Virus record (IMG/VR): IMGVR_UViG_2695420585_000012
Strand: one strand, 5' to 3'
DNA: 37,418 nt
DNA from: a virus
Lineage: Duplodnaviria > Heunggongvirae > Uroviricota > Caudoviricetes
A program made the position numbers and the translations under genes. Positions 1 through 10,144 of the stretch are shown piece after piece; the stretch's first letter is position 1, and every line of letters begins with the position of its first letter. The notes under the pieces were generated by a model that worked only from the letters and a program-made list of their open reading frames with translations, was not told the DNA's origin and did not search any database.

Positions 1-258
1 ATGCAAACCGTTATTTTTGGTCGTCCGGGTTGCCCTTACTGTGTGCGTGCAAAAGATCTGGCTGAGAAATTGAGCAATGAACACGATGATTTTCAGTATC
101 ACTATGTAGATATTCGTGCGGAAGGGATCACTAAAGAAGCTCTACAACAAAAGGCAGGTAAACCCGTAGAAACCGTGCCGCAGATTTTTGTCGATCAGCA
201 ACATATCGGCGGCTATACCGATTTTGCTGCATGGGTGAAAGAAAATCTGGACGCCTGA
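1..258 (+). CDS. grxA: Glutaredoxin 1
   Basis: 85-aa ORF with CPYC redox motif; near-identical to recalled E. coli GrxA; synteny with ybjM and ybjL. Confidence 0.9.
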   Translation: MQTVIFGRPGCPYCVRAKDLAEKLSNEHDDFQYHYVDIRAEGITKEALQQKAGKPVETVPQIFVDQQHIGGYTDFAAWVKENLDA

Positions 259-267
259 TCGTCTGAC

Positions 268-300
268 AAGCCCTCGCGTTGAGGGCTTTACTGATTTTTT
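268..300 (+). terminator. Rho-independent terminator between convergent grxA and ybjM
   Basis: Hairpin AAGCCCTC-loop-GAGGGCTT followed by a T-run, directly after the grxA stop. Confidence 0.5.
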
Positions 301-665
301 CTGTGCTGTGGTTTAAACAAACTACTGATAAATAAGAAACACAGTGCCCCCAGCGCACACCAGAACACCGCACTTAATAACCATGCCAGCTCTTGCCAGA
401 ATGAGCGCGTCGGTGAAAAAAACAGCCGCATAATGAGCATCGAACAGGGTGCCGCCAGCATTGCGCCAAACAGAGGTTTCAGGACTTCTCTACGCTGTGA
501 AAAGAAGCTGGCGACTGCTCCAGGAAGAATGAAAAATAGCAAGCCGATTTCAGGATGCCCGGCAGCCCGAAAAGCGCCTTTCATGTGCGTCGCCAGAAAA
601 AGGCACACCACAATGAAGAGGACAAAACAGCAGATTGCCCCCGCCCAACGTTGTTTATGTTTCAC
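288..665 (-). CDS. ybjM: Inner membrane protein YbjM
   Basis: 125-aa hydrophobic ORF; size and position between grxA and ybjL match the E. coli locus. Confidence 0.75.
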   Translation of the reverse strand: MKHKQRWAGAICCFVLFIVVCLFLATHMKGAFRAAGHPEIGLLFFILPGAVASFFSQRREVLKPLFGAMLAAPCSMLIMRLFFSPTRSFWQELAWLLSAVFWCALGALCFLFISSLFKPQHRKNQ

Positions 666-934
666 TCGTTCCTCCTGACACTGCGTCTATCGAACACATT
701 TTTCGCCAGTGTGGCGTTCAGTAAGATAAAGCCGCTTCGCATTCCATGCTAATATAGGCCAACGCAATTCATATAGCCGTTGATACCTAATGTGATTACA
801 CTAGTAAAATATATTGTTACTTTACTATCGTTTAGGTGCGCTGAATGAATCTGCGCCCTGAATTCTGGTAAAAAACATTATCGTAAATTACCATTTCTTT
901 CAACAGCTTACTAGTAAACAAGAAGTTAGCCTCC

Positions 935-2620
935 GTGAATATAAACGTCGCCGAATTGTTAAATGGGAATTACATTCTGTTATTATTTGTGGTCCTCGCG
1001 CTTGGGCTATGTCTCGGAAAGTTACGACTTGGTTCGATCCAACTGGGTAATTCCATTGGCGTTTTAGTCGTATCGCTGTTATTAGGCCAACAACATTTCA
1101 GCATTAACACCGATGCGCTTAATCTTGGCTTTATGCTGTTTATTTTCTGTGTTGGGGTTGAAGCCGGACCGAACTTTTTTTCCATTTTTTTTCGCGATGG
1201 GAAAAATTACCTAATGTTAGCACTGGTGATGGTTGGCAGTGCGCTGGTGATCGCCTTAGGGTTAGGTAAGCTGTTTGGCTGGGATATTGGCCTGACGGCC
1301 GGTATGTTAGCAGGCTCTATGACGTCGACACCGGTTCTGGTCGGTGCTGGCGATACACTGCGTCATTCCGGCATGGAAAGCAGGCAGCTCTCACTGGCAC
1401 TGGATAATCTGAGCCTCGGGTATGCCTTAACCTATTTAATCGGTCTGGTGAGTTTGATTGTTGGTGCGCGTTACTTGCCGAAATTGCAGCATCAGGACTT
1501 ACAGACCAGCGCCCAGCAAATCGCCCGCGAACGTGGCCTGGACACTGATGCCAACCGTAAGGTTTATTTACCGGTGATCCGCGCCTATCGCGTCGGCCCG
1601 GAGCTGGTGGCCTGGACCGACGGCAAAAATCTGCGTGAACTGGGTATTTATCGACAAACCGGCTGCTACATTGAACGTATTCGACGTAACGGGATTCTGG
1701 CAAATCCAGACGGTGATGCCGTGCTACAAATGGGCGATGAAATAGCGTTGGTAGGCTATCCCGACGCCCATGCCCGACTCGATCCCAGCTTCCGTAACGG
1801 TAAAGAAGTTTTCGATCGTGACCTTCTCGACATGCGTATCGTCACTGAAGAAGTGGTCGTTAAAAACCATAACGCTGTAGGTAAACGTCTCGCACAACTG
1901 AAGTTGACCGATCACGGTTGCTTCCTTAACCGCGTCATTCGTAGCCAGATTGAGATGCCGATAGATGACAACGTCGTGCTTAACAAAGGTGACGTTTTAC
2001 AAGTCAGCGGTGATGCCCGTCGCGTAAAAACCATCGCCGATCGCATCGGCTTTATCTCGATTCACAGCCAGGTCACTGACCTGCTGGCATTTTGCGCCTT
2101 CTTTGTTATTGGGCTGATGATCGGGATGATCACCTTCCAGTTCAGCACATTCAGTTTCGGCATGGGGAACGCTGCCGGGTTGTTATTCGCCGGAATTATG
2201 CTGGGCTTTATGCGTGCTAACCACCCGACCTTCGGTTACATTCCGCAGGGTGCATTAAGCATGGTGAAAGAGTTCGGCTTGATGGTGTTTATGGCAGGCG
2301 TTGGTCTGAGCGCCGGTAGCGGTATTAATAACGGCCTGGGCGCGATTGGCGGTCAGATGTTGATTGCCGGATTGATTGTCAGTCTGGTGCCCGTGGTTAT
2401 CTGTTTCTTGTTCGGTGCTTATGTATTGCGAATGAACCGCGCGCTGTTGTTCGGCGCAATGATGGGCGCACGTACCTGCGCGCCGGCAATGGAGATCATC
2501 AGTGATACAGCTCGCAGTAACATCCCGGCGCTGGGCTATGCGGGCACCTATGCAATCGCCAACGTCCTGCTGACGCTGGCAGGGACAATCATCGTCATGG
2601 TATGGCCAGGATTAGGATAA
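935..2620 (+). CDS. ybjL: Putative transporter YbjL (AAE family, two TrkA-C-like domains)
   Basis: 561-aa ORF with GTG start; membrane N- and C-terminal halves around a soluble central region; matches recalled E. coli YbjL. Confidence 0.85.
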
Positions 2621-2731
2621 AACTGAAGTTGCCCTGAAAATGAAATTTTTTTGCACAACCGCAGAACTTTTCCGCAGGGCATCAGTCTTAATTAGTGCCA
2701 CTGCTTTTCTTTGATGTCCCCATTTTGTGGA

Positions 2732-2782
2732 GCCCATCAACCCCGCCATTTCGGTTCAAGGTTGATGGGTTTTTTGTTGCCT
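2732..2782 (+). terminator. Rho-independent terminator downstream of ybjL
   Basis: CCCATCAACC...GGTTGATGGG stem followed by TTTTTT; lies between the host gene and the prophage end. Confidence 0.55.
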
Positions 2783-2855
2783 GAAATTTATGCCTTTTAA
2801 AATCATGATGTTAGAAGCGCTGTTTTTTAACGATGGCGACAAATTGGCGGCAGCG

Positions 2856-3074
2856 TCAAAGAGAGAGCGCCACCTGTCCTGATTTCATTGGATGCGGCTG
2901 AACCGGATTTGACTCTTTTGGCGTTGCAATCGAACGAACAAAAGTTTCATGGGTAACAAAAGTATGGCTGCAGTTAATGTTCTGGCACTGGTTGTAACGC
3001 TCTTTGGTCAATGAAGATACCTGAAAACTGCTGCGAGTATGGGCGGCACTTCCACACAGTGGGCAAATCATCAT
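2856..3074 (-). CDS. ogr: Ogr/Delta-type zinc-finger late-gene transcription activator
   Basis: About 72 aa from internal Met (MMICPLCG...) with CxxC...CxxxxC pattern resembling P2 Ogr; GGGGAGA Shine-Dalgarno upstream; the 83-aa track ORF probably over-extends. Confidence 0.8.
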   Translation of the reverse strand: MMICPLCGSAAHTRSSFQVSSLTKERYNQCQNINCSHTFVTHETFVRSIATPKESNPVQPHPMKSGQVALSL

Positions 3075-3164
3075 TTTTCGAGTTCTCCCCATTTTTGCTA
3101 AATTCACAATAATGATACCGCATTATTCCATTTTGAAAACTTAAAAGTTCTCCATTACGAAGAA

Positions 3165-4265
3165 TCATTCCATTTCGAAATCATCAATCTTCACTTCAAG
3201 CTCCAGACTGGTCGTAAAACCGTTATCCGGGCTGACGGTATGTGTCAGAGTCGTAATGGTCCATTCCGCATCATCTATCGGCTGTTTAAAACCACTGACC
3301 TTCACAGGCATTTCCGTGTAGAGATCTGCCCGCCCTTCCGCCAGTTGTAGCGAGAATGACGCAACGCCGCGTTGCAGGCGTTCCCACTGCATTTTTGCCG
3401 CTCGTTCGGCGTTGCTCCGGTTGGCATAAGTGCGATTAAGTACCAGCACGTTTTCATCCGTCCCCACCAGGTAATCGCCCTGCTTCGCTTCCGGCTCTTT
3501 CTTCTGCTTCTTAGTCCTGCGCTTACGCTTCACCGTAGTGCTTTCTTTCTTCGCGGGTTCGCGGGTATGCAACCAGCTGGCAATTACGCCCGTATAGGCT
3601 CCGCGATCTGCCAGGGTAAAGCGGTGACTGTCGCCGTCCTTGCGTGTGATAGTGATCACCGGCAGAGGTTTACCGCTGGCGCTTTTGCCCTGTCCCTGCC
3701 GGATGAATAACAGATTGCCATTTTTCACCGACGCGATGGCACCGTACTGTCGCGCCAGCCGCATCAGAAAACTGCCGTCACTCTCATTGGTCTGGTCTAT
3801 ATGTTCCACGGGTTTATCTGACAGGTCTTTACCCAGTGCCATCTTCAGTTTGTGCCGCGCAGCTATTTCCTTCACCACTTCCCCAACGGTGGTCTTGTGC
3901 CACGACTTTTCACGACGGGTATTCAGCGTTTCACGAAAATCAGCACTTCGCGCCCGGATAGTCAGGCGGTCCGGTGCGCCAGTGTGTTCAATCTCGTCCA
4001 CCGTGAATGCCCCTTTCGGGAAAAGCGGCTGCCCCTTCCAGCCCAGCGCCAGCGTAATGACCGCACCACGGCGCGGCAGCACGATTTTTCCATCGGCGTC
4101 GTCCAGCTCCAGATCAAGCTGGTCCGCTTCAAAGCCCCGGTTATCTGTCAGCGTCAGCCCCATCAGGCGGTTGTCCAGCACAGTGGTGATATCCCTGCCT
4201 TCAATACTGATGCTGAATGCCGGAGTTTTGTTGCCTTTGTTAAGCAGTTCAGAGCTGAAATTCAC
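3165..4265 (-). CDS. D: Tail protein gpD
   Basis: 366-aa ORF with P2 gpD-like sequence and position (last late gene before ogr). Confidence 0.85.
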   Translation of the reverse strand: MNFSSELLNKGNKTPAFSISIEGRDITTVLDNRLMGLTLTDNRGFEADQLDLELDDADGKIVLPRRGAVITLALGWKGQPLFPKGAFTVDEIEHTGAPDRLTIRARSADFRETLNTRREKSWHKTTVGEVVKEIAARHKLKMALGKDLSDKPVEHIDQTNESDGSFLMRLARQYGAIASVKNGNLLFIRQGQGKSASGKPLPVITITRKDGDSHRFTLADRGAYTGVIASWLHTREPAKKESTTVKRKRRTKKQKKEPEAKQGDYLVGTDENVLVLNRTYANRSNAERAAKMQWERLQRGVASFSLQLAEGRADLYTEMPVKVSGFKQPIDDAEWTITTLTHTVSPDNGFTTSLELEVKIDDFEME

Positions 4266-4747
4266 GACAGCAGCCCTCCCACCGTTTTACTGATATCGCT
4301 TAAGGCAGATGTTGCCGTTCCCTGCAGATTATTCAGTTGCGCACTGAGATCACCGAACATATCGGGCAGGGATTCATCCACGCGTTTTAGCGACAGGGTG
4401 AACTCAATCCGGCGCGGCATACCGTCGCGGAAAAACTCCGTTTTAGTCTGATTCAGTCCCTCAATCACATACATGCCGTAAATCGTGCCGCTGCCTTCAA
4501 TCAGGGGCCATGCTTTCCCCTGTTCTGCCATCTGCTCCAGTGCCAGCAACGACAGCCTGCCGCCTGTTATTTCCGGCATAAGAACACCGGAAAGCGTCAG
4601 CATGTCGTTTTCCGGTCCCAGAAACTGCGTGGACGGACGTCGGTTTACCCGACTGTTTGCCGCATGTCGCCAGCTGCGTTGATACTGCAGTTCCTGATAC
4701 GGAACGGTGCGCAGCATAAACACGTACAATCCCAGCACCATCATCAT
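4262..4747 (-). CDS. U: Tail protein gpU
   Basis: 161-aa ORF; start overlaps T stop and stop overlaps D start; P2 gpU-like order. Confidence 0.8.
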   Translation of the reverse strand: MMMVLGLYVFMLRTVPYQELQYQRSWRHAANSRVNRRPSTQFLGPENDMLTLSGVLMPEITGGRLSLLALEQMAEQGKAWPLIEGSGTIYGMYVIEGLNQTKTEFFRDGMPRRIEFTLSLKRVDESLPDMFGDLSAQLNNLQGTATSALSDISKTVGGLLS

Positions 4748-7700
4748 GCGTCGTATCCCCCCTGATCGCTGTAGTTACTCCTGGCTTTTGCCTTCAGCCT
4801 GCGTTCACGTTCATCAAGCTGGCGTGCCACCTCCCGCGCAATATCCTGCGCACTTTGTCCTGGCTGCGTCTGGATGATGATCTGCGTCGGTGCCTCAATC
4901 CGGTGAACGGGCGGCACAGCAGCTACGCGACTCACCATCGCTTCACCGCCTTTCGCGGGAAGCGCCAAAGGATGCAACGGTGGAAGCTCTGCTGGCGCGG
5001 CAGCAACTCCCATCATTCCGGCGACAACCGCAGCCAGTGCAGCGGTATTTCTCCGGCTGGTCACGTTTGCCGGACCGTTGACAATTTCCGGCCCGTTTTC
5101 ACCGACAATGCCGAACTGCCCGCGCGGGATATAGCCGCCGCTGTCATACATCCCCGCAAAGCCATATCCCCATGACGGAAAACCACCCGATGGCATCATC
5201 ACTTTACCGTCTGCATTCACCGTCGCAGGTTGCTGACGCGTCACGCTTTCCGGCAGTTTCGCCTTTGCAGCCTCTTTACTGACAATGCCGAGTTTCTCCA
5301 GCAACCAGGAAACGCCGGATTTCAGGGAGTCCAGCGGATGCATGACCATATTCAGCCCTTCTGCCAGTGCCTCCCCGAATCGTCGCCCCATTGCCGCTGC
5401 GCTCTGCAGTTCGGCAGAGGTCGACTTAACGGGCGTCAGCAGATCAGTAAACCAGCCCCACAGCGCCTGCACTTTGTCGCCAATCCACTGGAACACGGGC
5501 TTAAGCGGTTCGAACGCTGCACTGATGGGACCTGCCGCCGCTTTGAATCCTTCCACCACGCCACCGAGAAATGCGGTGATGGGTTGCCAGTATTTCCAGA
5601 CAACCAGCGCCACGCCCGCCAGTGCAGTAACCACAAGACCTATCGGACTGAGCAGAGCACCTAACAGACCAGATATGGCATACAGGGTAACGCGCAGCAT
5701 CGCCAGTGGACCAGATGCCAGTACTCGCAGCACCGTGCCTGCGGCGGCCAGTCCACCGCGCAGTACCGCCAGAGGATTCATAAACATCACAGCAACAGCA
5801 CGTAAACCGGATAATCCAGACCGCAAAAGTGCAACCGGCGCACCTGCTACAGTTTTCAGGACATTTCCCGTCAGTGATGCCGTGCGGCGCAAAGACGACA
5901 ACGGCGCAGTAAGTAAACCTGCGGCGTTGCCCGATGAAGCAAGCCCGCGTCGCAGCAGTGCCAGTGGTGCGCCAGCCAGCCAGGACAACGCGCTGCTTGT
6001 TCGAGTTACTGCTGCCGTAACGGAAGGTAACGTTTTGATACCCAGCACAGAGAATCCCAGACGGATCACTGCCAGCGGCCCCAGCACTGCAGCCAGCGCC
6101 ACCGCTAAGGTGCCGAGGCCGACGGTAACCGCAGCCACAACAGCCGATGCTTTCATCAGTGTGCCTGTCAGTTCCGGGTTAGCTTCCACCCAGCGACGCA
6201 ACGCCCCCGTGACGCTTTTCACCGTGTACAGAATATCCATCAGCGGCTGGCGCAGCGTTTCGCCCAGGCTGCTGAAGGTGTTCTGCGCTCCGGTTTTGAC
6301 CAGCAACCACTGCGCAGAAAGTGAATCCTTGTTAATGTCGGATTCTTTCTGCATGGAGCCGAGCGCATCATTGCCCGCTGTCAGTTTTAACTGACGCTGC
6401 AGTTCCGGCAGGTTGTTTGCCAGTTTCGCCGCGTCATCGCCAAACTCTTTACCAAACAACATAGTCATGGCAGACAGACGCTTGTCCTGCGGCAGCGCGT
6501 TTACCTTCTCCAGCACGCGCTGGATGGTTCCCATCGCATCCTTCGTCATCTGCTTTTCAATCACTTCAGGATTGAGTTTCAGCAGATTCATCCCTTCAAA
6601 GAAACTCTTGCTTTGCATGGTGGCAATGGACAATTCACGCACCATCGCGTTTGCTGCACTGGCTGCAACCTCTGGCGCAGCGCCCAGTGTCAGGAAGGTG
6701 GAACCCAGCGCCGCCGCTTTACGATAATCCAGACGGTCAGCCACACCGCCCAGACGTTGCATCACATCAATGATGTCTGCCCCTTTCGACATGGCGTTAT
6801 CATCCAGATAGTTCAGCGCATCACCGAGCTGTTCAATATTGCGGGTGGGGATTTTGTAGAGCTGGGCGATTTTCCCCAGACTTTCTGACAGTTCATCCGC
6901 TGGCAGCTCAAAGGCTGTTGCCGCCTTTGCTGCCGTACTGGCGAAGGCCAGCAGGTCACGTTTCTGATCTTCCCAACTGTCGTCAGGGTTTGCGACGTTC
7001 ATGCGCGCACCACCTTCAACCAGTGCAGCGAAATCCACCGCACCGTTTTCCATCGGCAACTGTTCGCTGGCAGCCTTGATGGCATCCTGCATTTCATAAA
7101 AACGTGCAGTGCGGTTGCCATTATCGTCACGCAGACCATTGACCTGCTTTGCCACACCTTTCATGGCATCTTCCATGCTGGTATAGCTTTTTACTGCCGC
7201 CATCACTGGTGCGCCCATTGCCAGCCCTGCAGCCGTGGTGGTGGCTCCGGCACCTGCAATACGATCACGCACCTCCAGCGAACGGGCATAACTGGCACGC
7301 GCTGCATTCATCCTGCGCTGAGCTTCCCCCAGTCGCTTCAGCCGCGCCTCCTGTTTCGAAAGTTCCTGGTTATAACGTGATGTTTCACGGGCTAAACGGG
7401 CAGTTGCTCCCGCATCGTCTTTCGCAGAAATTCCCGCCCGGTACAGTTCAGCACGCACAAGCGCCGTCTGCTGCTGCAGCTTTTTCTGGCGTTCTTCCAG
7501 GCGCTGAACAGCCAGCCGTTGACGGCCCAGAGCAACAACCTGACGTTGCGAAGGCGGCCCCATCGCTCCCAGTTCCTGACTGAGCAAATTTGCACGCTGG
7601 CGGGCATAGTTCAGCCTGTCGCCTAATTTCTGATTTTCTGCCTGCAGCTTTCGGAAGCTGTCCAGACTGCTCCCGGCCTGATCAAGCTGCTTTATTGCAT

Positions 7701-7821
7701 CGCGGGATTTTTTGACAGCAGCAGCCAGTTCTCTTGAACTGGCCTGCGCAGATCGAAATGGGCGGGTGAGCTTGTCAACCGCATTAAGAATGACCTGCAG
7801 ACGCAGGTTGTTATCACTCAT
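4744..7821 (-). CDS. T: Tail tape measure protein gpT
   Basis: 1025-aa Ala/Gly/Leu-rich ORF with coiled-coil N-terminus and repeated PLAxLRxGL-like motifs; directly follows E/E'. Confidence 0.85.
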   Translation of the reverse strand: MSDNNLRLQVILNAVDKLTRPFRSAQASSRELAAAVKKSRDAIKQLDQAGSSLDSFRKLQAENQKLGDRLNYARQRANLLSQELGAMGPPSQRQVVALGRQRLAVQRLEERQKKLQQQTALVRAELYRAGISAKDDAGATARLARETSRYNQELSKQEARLKRLGEAQRRMNAARASYARSLEVRDRIAGAGATTTAAGLAMGAPVMAAVKSYTSMEDAMKGVAKQVNGLRDDNGNRTARFYEMQDAIKAASEQLPMENGAVDFAALVEGGARMNVANPDDSWEDQKRDLLAFASTAAKAATAFELPADELSESLGKIAQLYKIPTRNIEQLGDALNYLDDNAMSKGADIIDVMQRLGGVADRLDYRKAAALGSTFLTLGAAPEVAASAANAMVRELSIATMQSKSFFEGMNLLKLNPEVIEKQMTKDAMGTIQRVLEKVNALPQDKRLSAMTMLFGKEFGDDAAKLANNLPELQRQLKLTAGNDALGSMQKESDINKDSLSAQWLLVKTGAQNTFSSLGETLRQPLMDILYTVKSVTGALRRWVEANPELTGTLMKASAVVAAVTVGLGTLAVALAAVLGPLAVIRLGFSVLGIKTLPSVTAAVTRTSSALSWLAGAPLALLRRGLASSGNAAGLLTAPLSSLRRTASLTGNVLKTVAGAPVALLRSGLSGLRAVAVMFMNPLAVLRGGLAAAGTVLRVLASGPLAMLRVTLYAISGLLGALLSPIGLVVTALAGVALVVWKYWQPITAFLGGVVEGFKAAAGPISAAFEPLKPVFQWIGDKVQALWGWFTDLLTPVKSTSAELQSAAAMGRRFGEALAEGLNMVMHPLDSLKSGVSWLLEKLGIVSKEAAKAKLPESVTRQQPATVNADGKVMMPSGGFPSWGYGFAGMYDSGGYIPRGQFGIVGENGPEIVNGPANVTSRRNTAALAAVVAGMMGVAAAPAELPPLHPLALPAKGGEAMVSRVAAVPPVHRIEAPTQIIIQTQPGQSAQDIAREVARQLDERERRLKAKARSNYSDQGGYDA

Positions 7822-8250
7822 CGTTGGCCCCGCTTCTCTGAATCGCTTTATACCGCCATTCCAGCACTTCGGTCAGCGGCATAACGTCAGTAACGGATGG
7901 CGGCCAGTGAAAGATGGTGGCGATATCAGCCACCAGATCGTCAACCGTCAGGCTGTCGGTAAACCGGCAAGCACCGACTTCTTCAACAAAAAAGTGACAA
8001 CCTCAACCGACATGGCAGTGAGATCTGCCGGGTCCATCTCTGCAATTTCCTGTGCAGTCAGTGCCGGACTGGAGATGCGGGGGATCACGGTCATCATCGC
8101 GTTCACATCCATATCCATAATGGCCTGCAGGCGTGTACCGCGCAGCGCACCGGACTGCGGTTTACGCAGCACAATTTCGGTAATTTCTGTTTTACCGCGC
8201 TTGATAGGGGTATCCAGTTGAATGGTCTTTTCAGTCTGCTTATCGCTCAT
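7814..8250 (-). CDS. E+E': Tail assembly chaperone E+E' (-1 programmed frameshift product)
   Basis: TTTTTTG heptamer at about 7985-7991 in the E frame; the -1 frame is then open for 57 codons and stops at TGA overlapping the T start codon. Confidence 0.6.
7948..8250 (-). CDS. E: Tail assembly chaperone gpE
   Basis: 100-aa ORF upstream of T; ends ...VTFLLKKSVLAGLPTA with the slippery heptamer inside its 3' end. Confidence 0.8.
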   Translation of the reverse strand: MSDKQTEKTIQLDTPIKRGKTEITEIVLRKPQSGALRGTRLQAIMDMDVNAMMTVIPRISSPALTAQEIAEMDPADLTAMSVEVVTFLLKKSVLAGLPTA

Positions 8251-8304
8251 TTTGTTGTCCTGTAAATTAGGTTCTGGCGCGGAATCCCGCGCCGTTCAGA
8301 TACA

Positions 8305-8820
8305 TCAGAGGCCGAGGGCGTTGCGGTGCGCTTCCATCAGGTCCACACCGTCCACAATTTCCACCATGTTGATAAGGTCCACTTCATAGAGCACCTCACC
8401 ATTGATGGTCAGCTTCGCGTAGCTGTTGGTACTGGTCACTTTGGTGGTGTTGCTTTCGCCCGTCTTCCACTCACCGGAATCCACTTCTTTGTGACGTCCA
8501 CGCACCACAAGCTCCACGGCCTGCACTTCCCCGGTATCGTCACGCTGGATAGAGCCGGTAAAGCGCAACTGGATGCCATCCACCGTGGCTTTGCCCATCT
8601 GCTTAAACAGCAGCAGTTCAGTACCACCAATGGTAAATTCTGTGTCCAGCGCACTGTCATCAAGCCCCAGATCCACATCCACTGCCCCCGGCATTCCGCC
8701 ACCGCGATACTTCTCATATTTGCGGGTGAATTTCGGCAGCGTCAGCGACTCAACGATCCCCTGCCAGTTGTTCCCGTCGTTAAACAGGTTCAGGTGTTTT
8801 AATTTGCGTGGTAAAGCCAT
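8305..8820 (-). CDS. FII: Tail tube protein gpFII
   Basis: 171-aa ORF, P2 FII-like sequence and position. Confidence 0.9.
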   Translation of the reverse strand: MALPRKLKHLNLFNDGNNWQGIVESLTLPKFTRKYEKYRGGGMPGAVDVDLGLDDSALDTEFTIGGTELLLFKQMGKATVDGIQLRFTGSIQRDDTGEVQAVELVVRGRHKEVDSGEWKTGESNTTKVTSTNSYAKLTINGEVLYEVDLINMVEIVDGVDLMEAHRNALGL

Positions 8821-8829
8821 GTTGTCCCC

Positions 8830-10002
8830 TTACGCGCTGACCTGGCTGGCGAAATTCACCAGGTACTGATCGGTGATGCGCTGACGCAACATCAGGTTTT
8901 CAAGTGGCGGCACTGGCGTGTAGTCGTAGTCGATGGTGAGTTTTCCGGCTTTCAGAGTGTCTTTGTCGTTCACCGACTCGTCCAGCCAGCAATCACCACC
9001 AATGAGATACCCCTGACTGACCAGGCTGCGCATTTTGGCGCGGATGCCCTCGATAATGTCGCGCGCCAGCGACGGGTTCAGCGGTTTGTCCACTGCCCAC
9101 ATGTGCGCTTCTGCCATTGTGTCCGTCAGCACCTGCGCCGTGCGGGTGTAGTTTTCGAAGGCAAAGAGCGGGTCATCACTCAGGCAGCGGGAACCCCAGA
9201 AGCGGAAACCGTCTTTACGCACAAGCGTGGTGACGTCGTTCTGGTTCAGCAGACCTGCATCGGTTGCCGGGTCCTGCAGATCCCAGAACACATCTGCAGA
9301 AATTCCGGTGACACCGTTCACGCCCACGTTGGACAGGCTTTTGTGCCACCCAGTCTGCTCATCAATTTTGGCACGCAGACCAAGCGCACGGGCGGTGGCA
9401 TATGCCGTTGCTTCGGCATTCAGCACCGTGTCCCAGCCAGTAAAGTCGGGCCAGATCAGCATTCCTTCGCGCTGGCTGAAGTTTTCACGGTAAGTGATCG
9501 CCTCCTGTACCGTCTTGCAGCCATACGCTGACAGGTAGGCAAACCCACGCAGGCTTTGCGCCACACTCAGCAACTCAGTCGCAACGGCTTTGTTATCGTG
9601 ACCTGGCACGCCGAGAATGCGCGGTTTAACGCCGAGCTGTGTCTGGGCAGATAACAGGGCTTTCATACCTGTTTTTTTACCTTCAGCAGTCACTGCGCCG
9701 ATGATATTGGTCGTGGTTTCGTCTTCCGTTTCACCCTGCGGCACACGCACAACAATGGTCACGGGTTTTGCCTGGTCAGCGATGGCATCCAGCGAACGGG
9801 CCAGAGTACCTGACTCACCCGCTTTACCGCTGGCAGTCAGCACATCAGTGATCAGCACGGGTTTATTAAGAGGAAACATTTTTGCATCGGCATCATCGCC
9901 CGTGCAGACCATACCCACGATGGCGGTGCTCACCGTGGTAATGGATCGGGTGCCTTCGTTGACTTCAACAACGCGCACCCCGTGGTGGTAATCCTGAGCC
10001 AT
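8830..10002 (-). CDS. FI: Contractile tail sheath protein gpFI
   Basis: 390-aa ORF, P2 FI-like; AGGAGG Shine-Dalgarno upstream of the ATG. Confidence 0.9.
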   Translation of the reverse strand: MAQDYHHGVRVVEVNEGTRSITTVSTAIVGMVCTGDDADAKMFPLNKPVLITDVLTASGKAGESGTLARSLDAIADQAKPVTIVVRVPQGETEDETTTNIIGAVTAEGKKTGMKALLSAQTQLGVKPRILGVPGHDNKAVATELLSVAQSLRGFAYLSAYGCKTVQEAITYRENFSQREGMLIWPDFTGWDTVLNAEATAYATARALGLRAKIDEQTGWHKSLSNVGVNGVTGISADVFWDLQDPATDAGLLNQNDVTTLVRKDGFRFWGSRCLSDDPLFAFENYTRTAQVLTDTMAEAHMWAVDKPLNPSLARDIIEGIRAKMRSLVSQGYLIGGDCWLDESVNDKDTLKAGKLTIDYDYTPVPPLENLMLRQRITDQYLVNFASQVSA

Positions 10003-10077
10003 AGTGGCGAACCTCCTGATTGGATTAGGCTTCGCCCTATGTTGAAGTGATTGTGCCTGACAAACAGCTAAGCGCAG

Positions 10078-10097
10078 TTGTATCGTTATTCACACAA
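10078..10097 (-). promoter_or_regulatory. Candidate Ogr-binding dyad of the late promoter for the FI-FII-E-T-U-D operon
   Basis: TTGT-N12-ACAA centred about 85 bp upstream of the FI start in an intergenic gap. Confidence 0.45.
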
Positions 10098-10144
10098 AAT
10101 GACGGTATTTGTCTGCTTGCAGGGATAATCAAAATAATGCTGAT

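Noticed and set aside
3640-4451. Plus-strand ORFs (217 aa and 199 aa) opposite gpD/gpU
   Set aside because: Antisense to conserved tail genes; Ser/Arg/Pro-rich translations with no start context.
5285-6394. 369-aa plus-strand ORF (with neighbours 5230..5664 and 6413..6888) inside the tape measure gene
   Set aside because: Antisense to a well-supported 1025-aa gene in GC-rich DNA where long spurious open frames are expected; Ser/Ala/Pro/Thr-rich low-complexity translation with no recognisable motifs.
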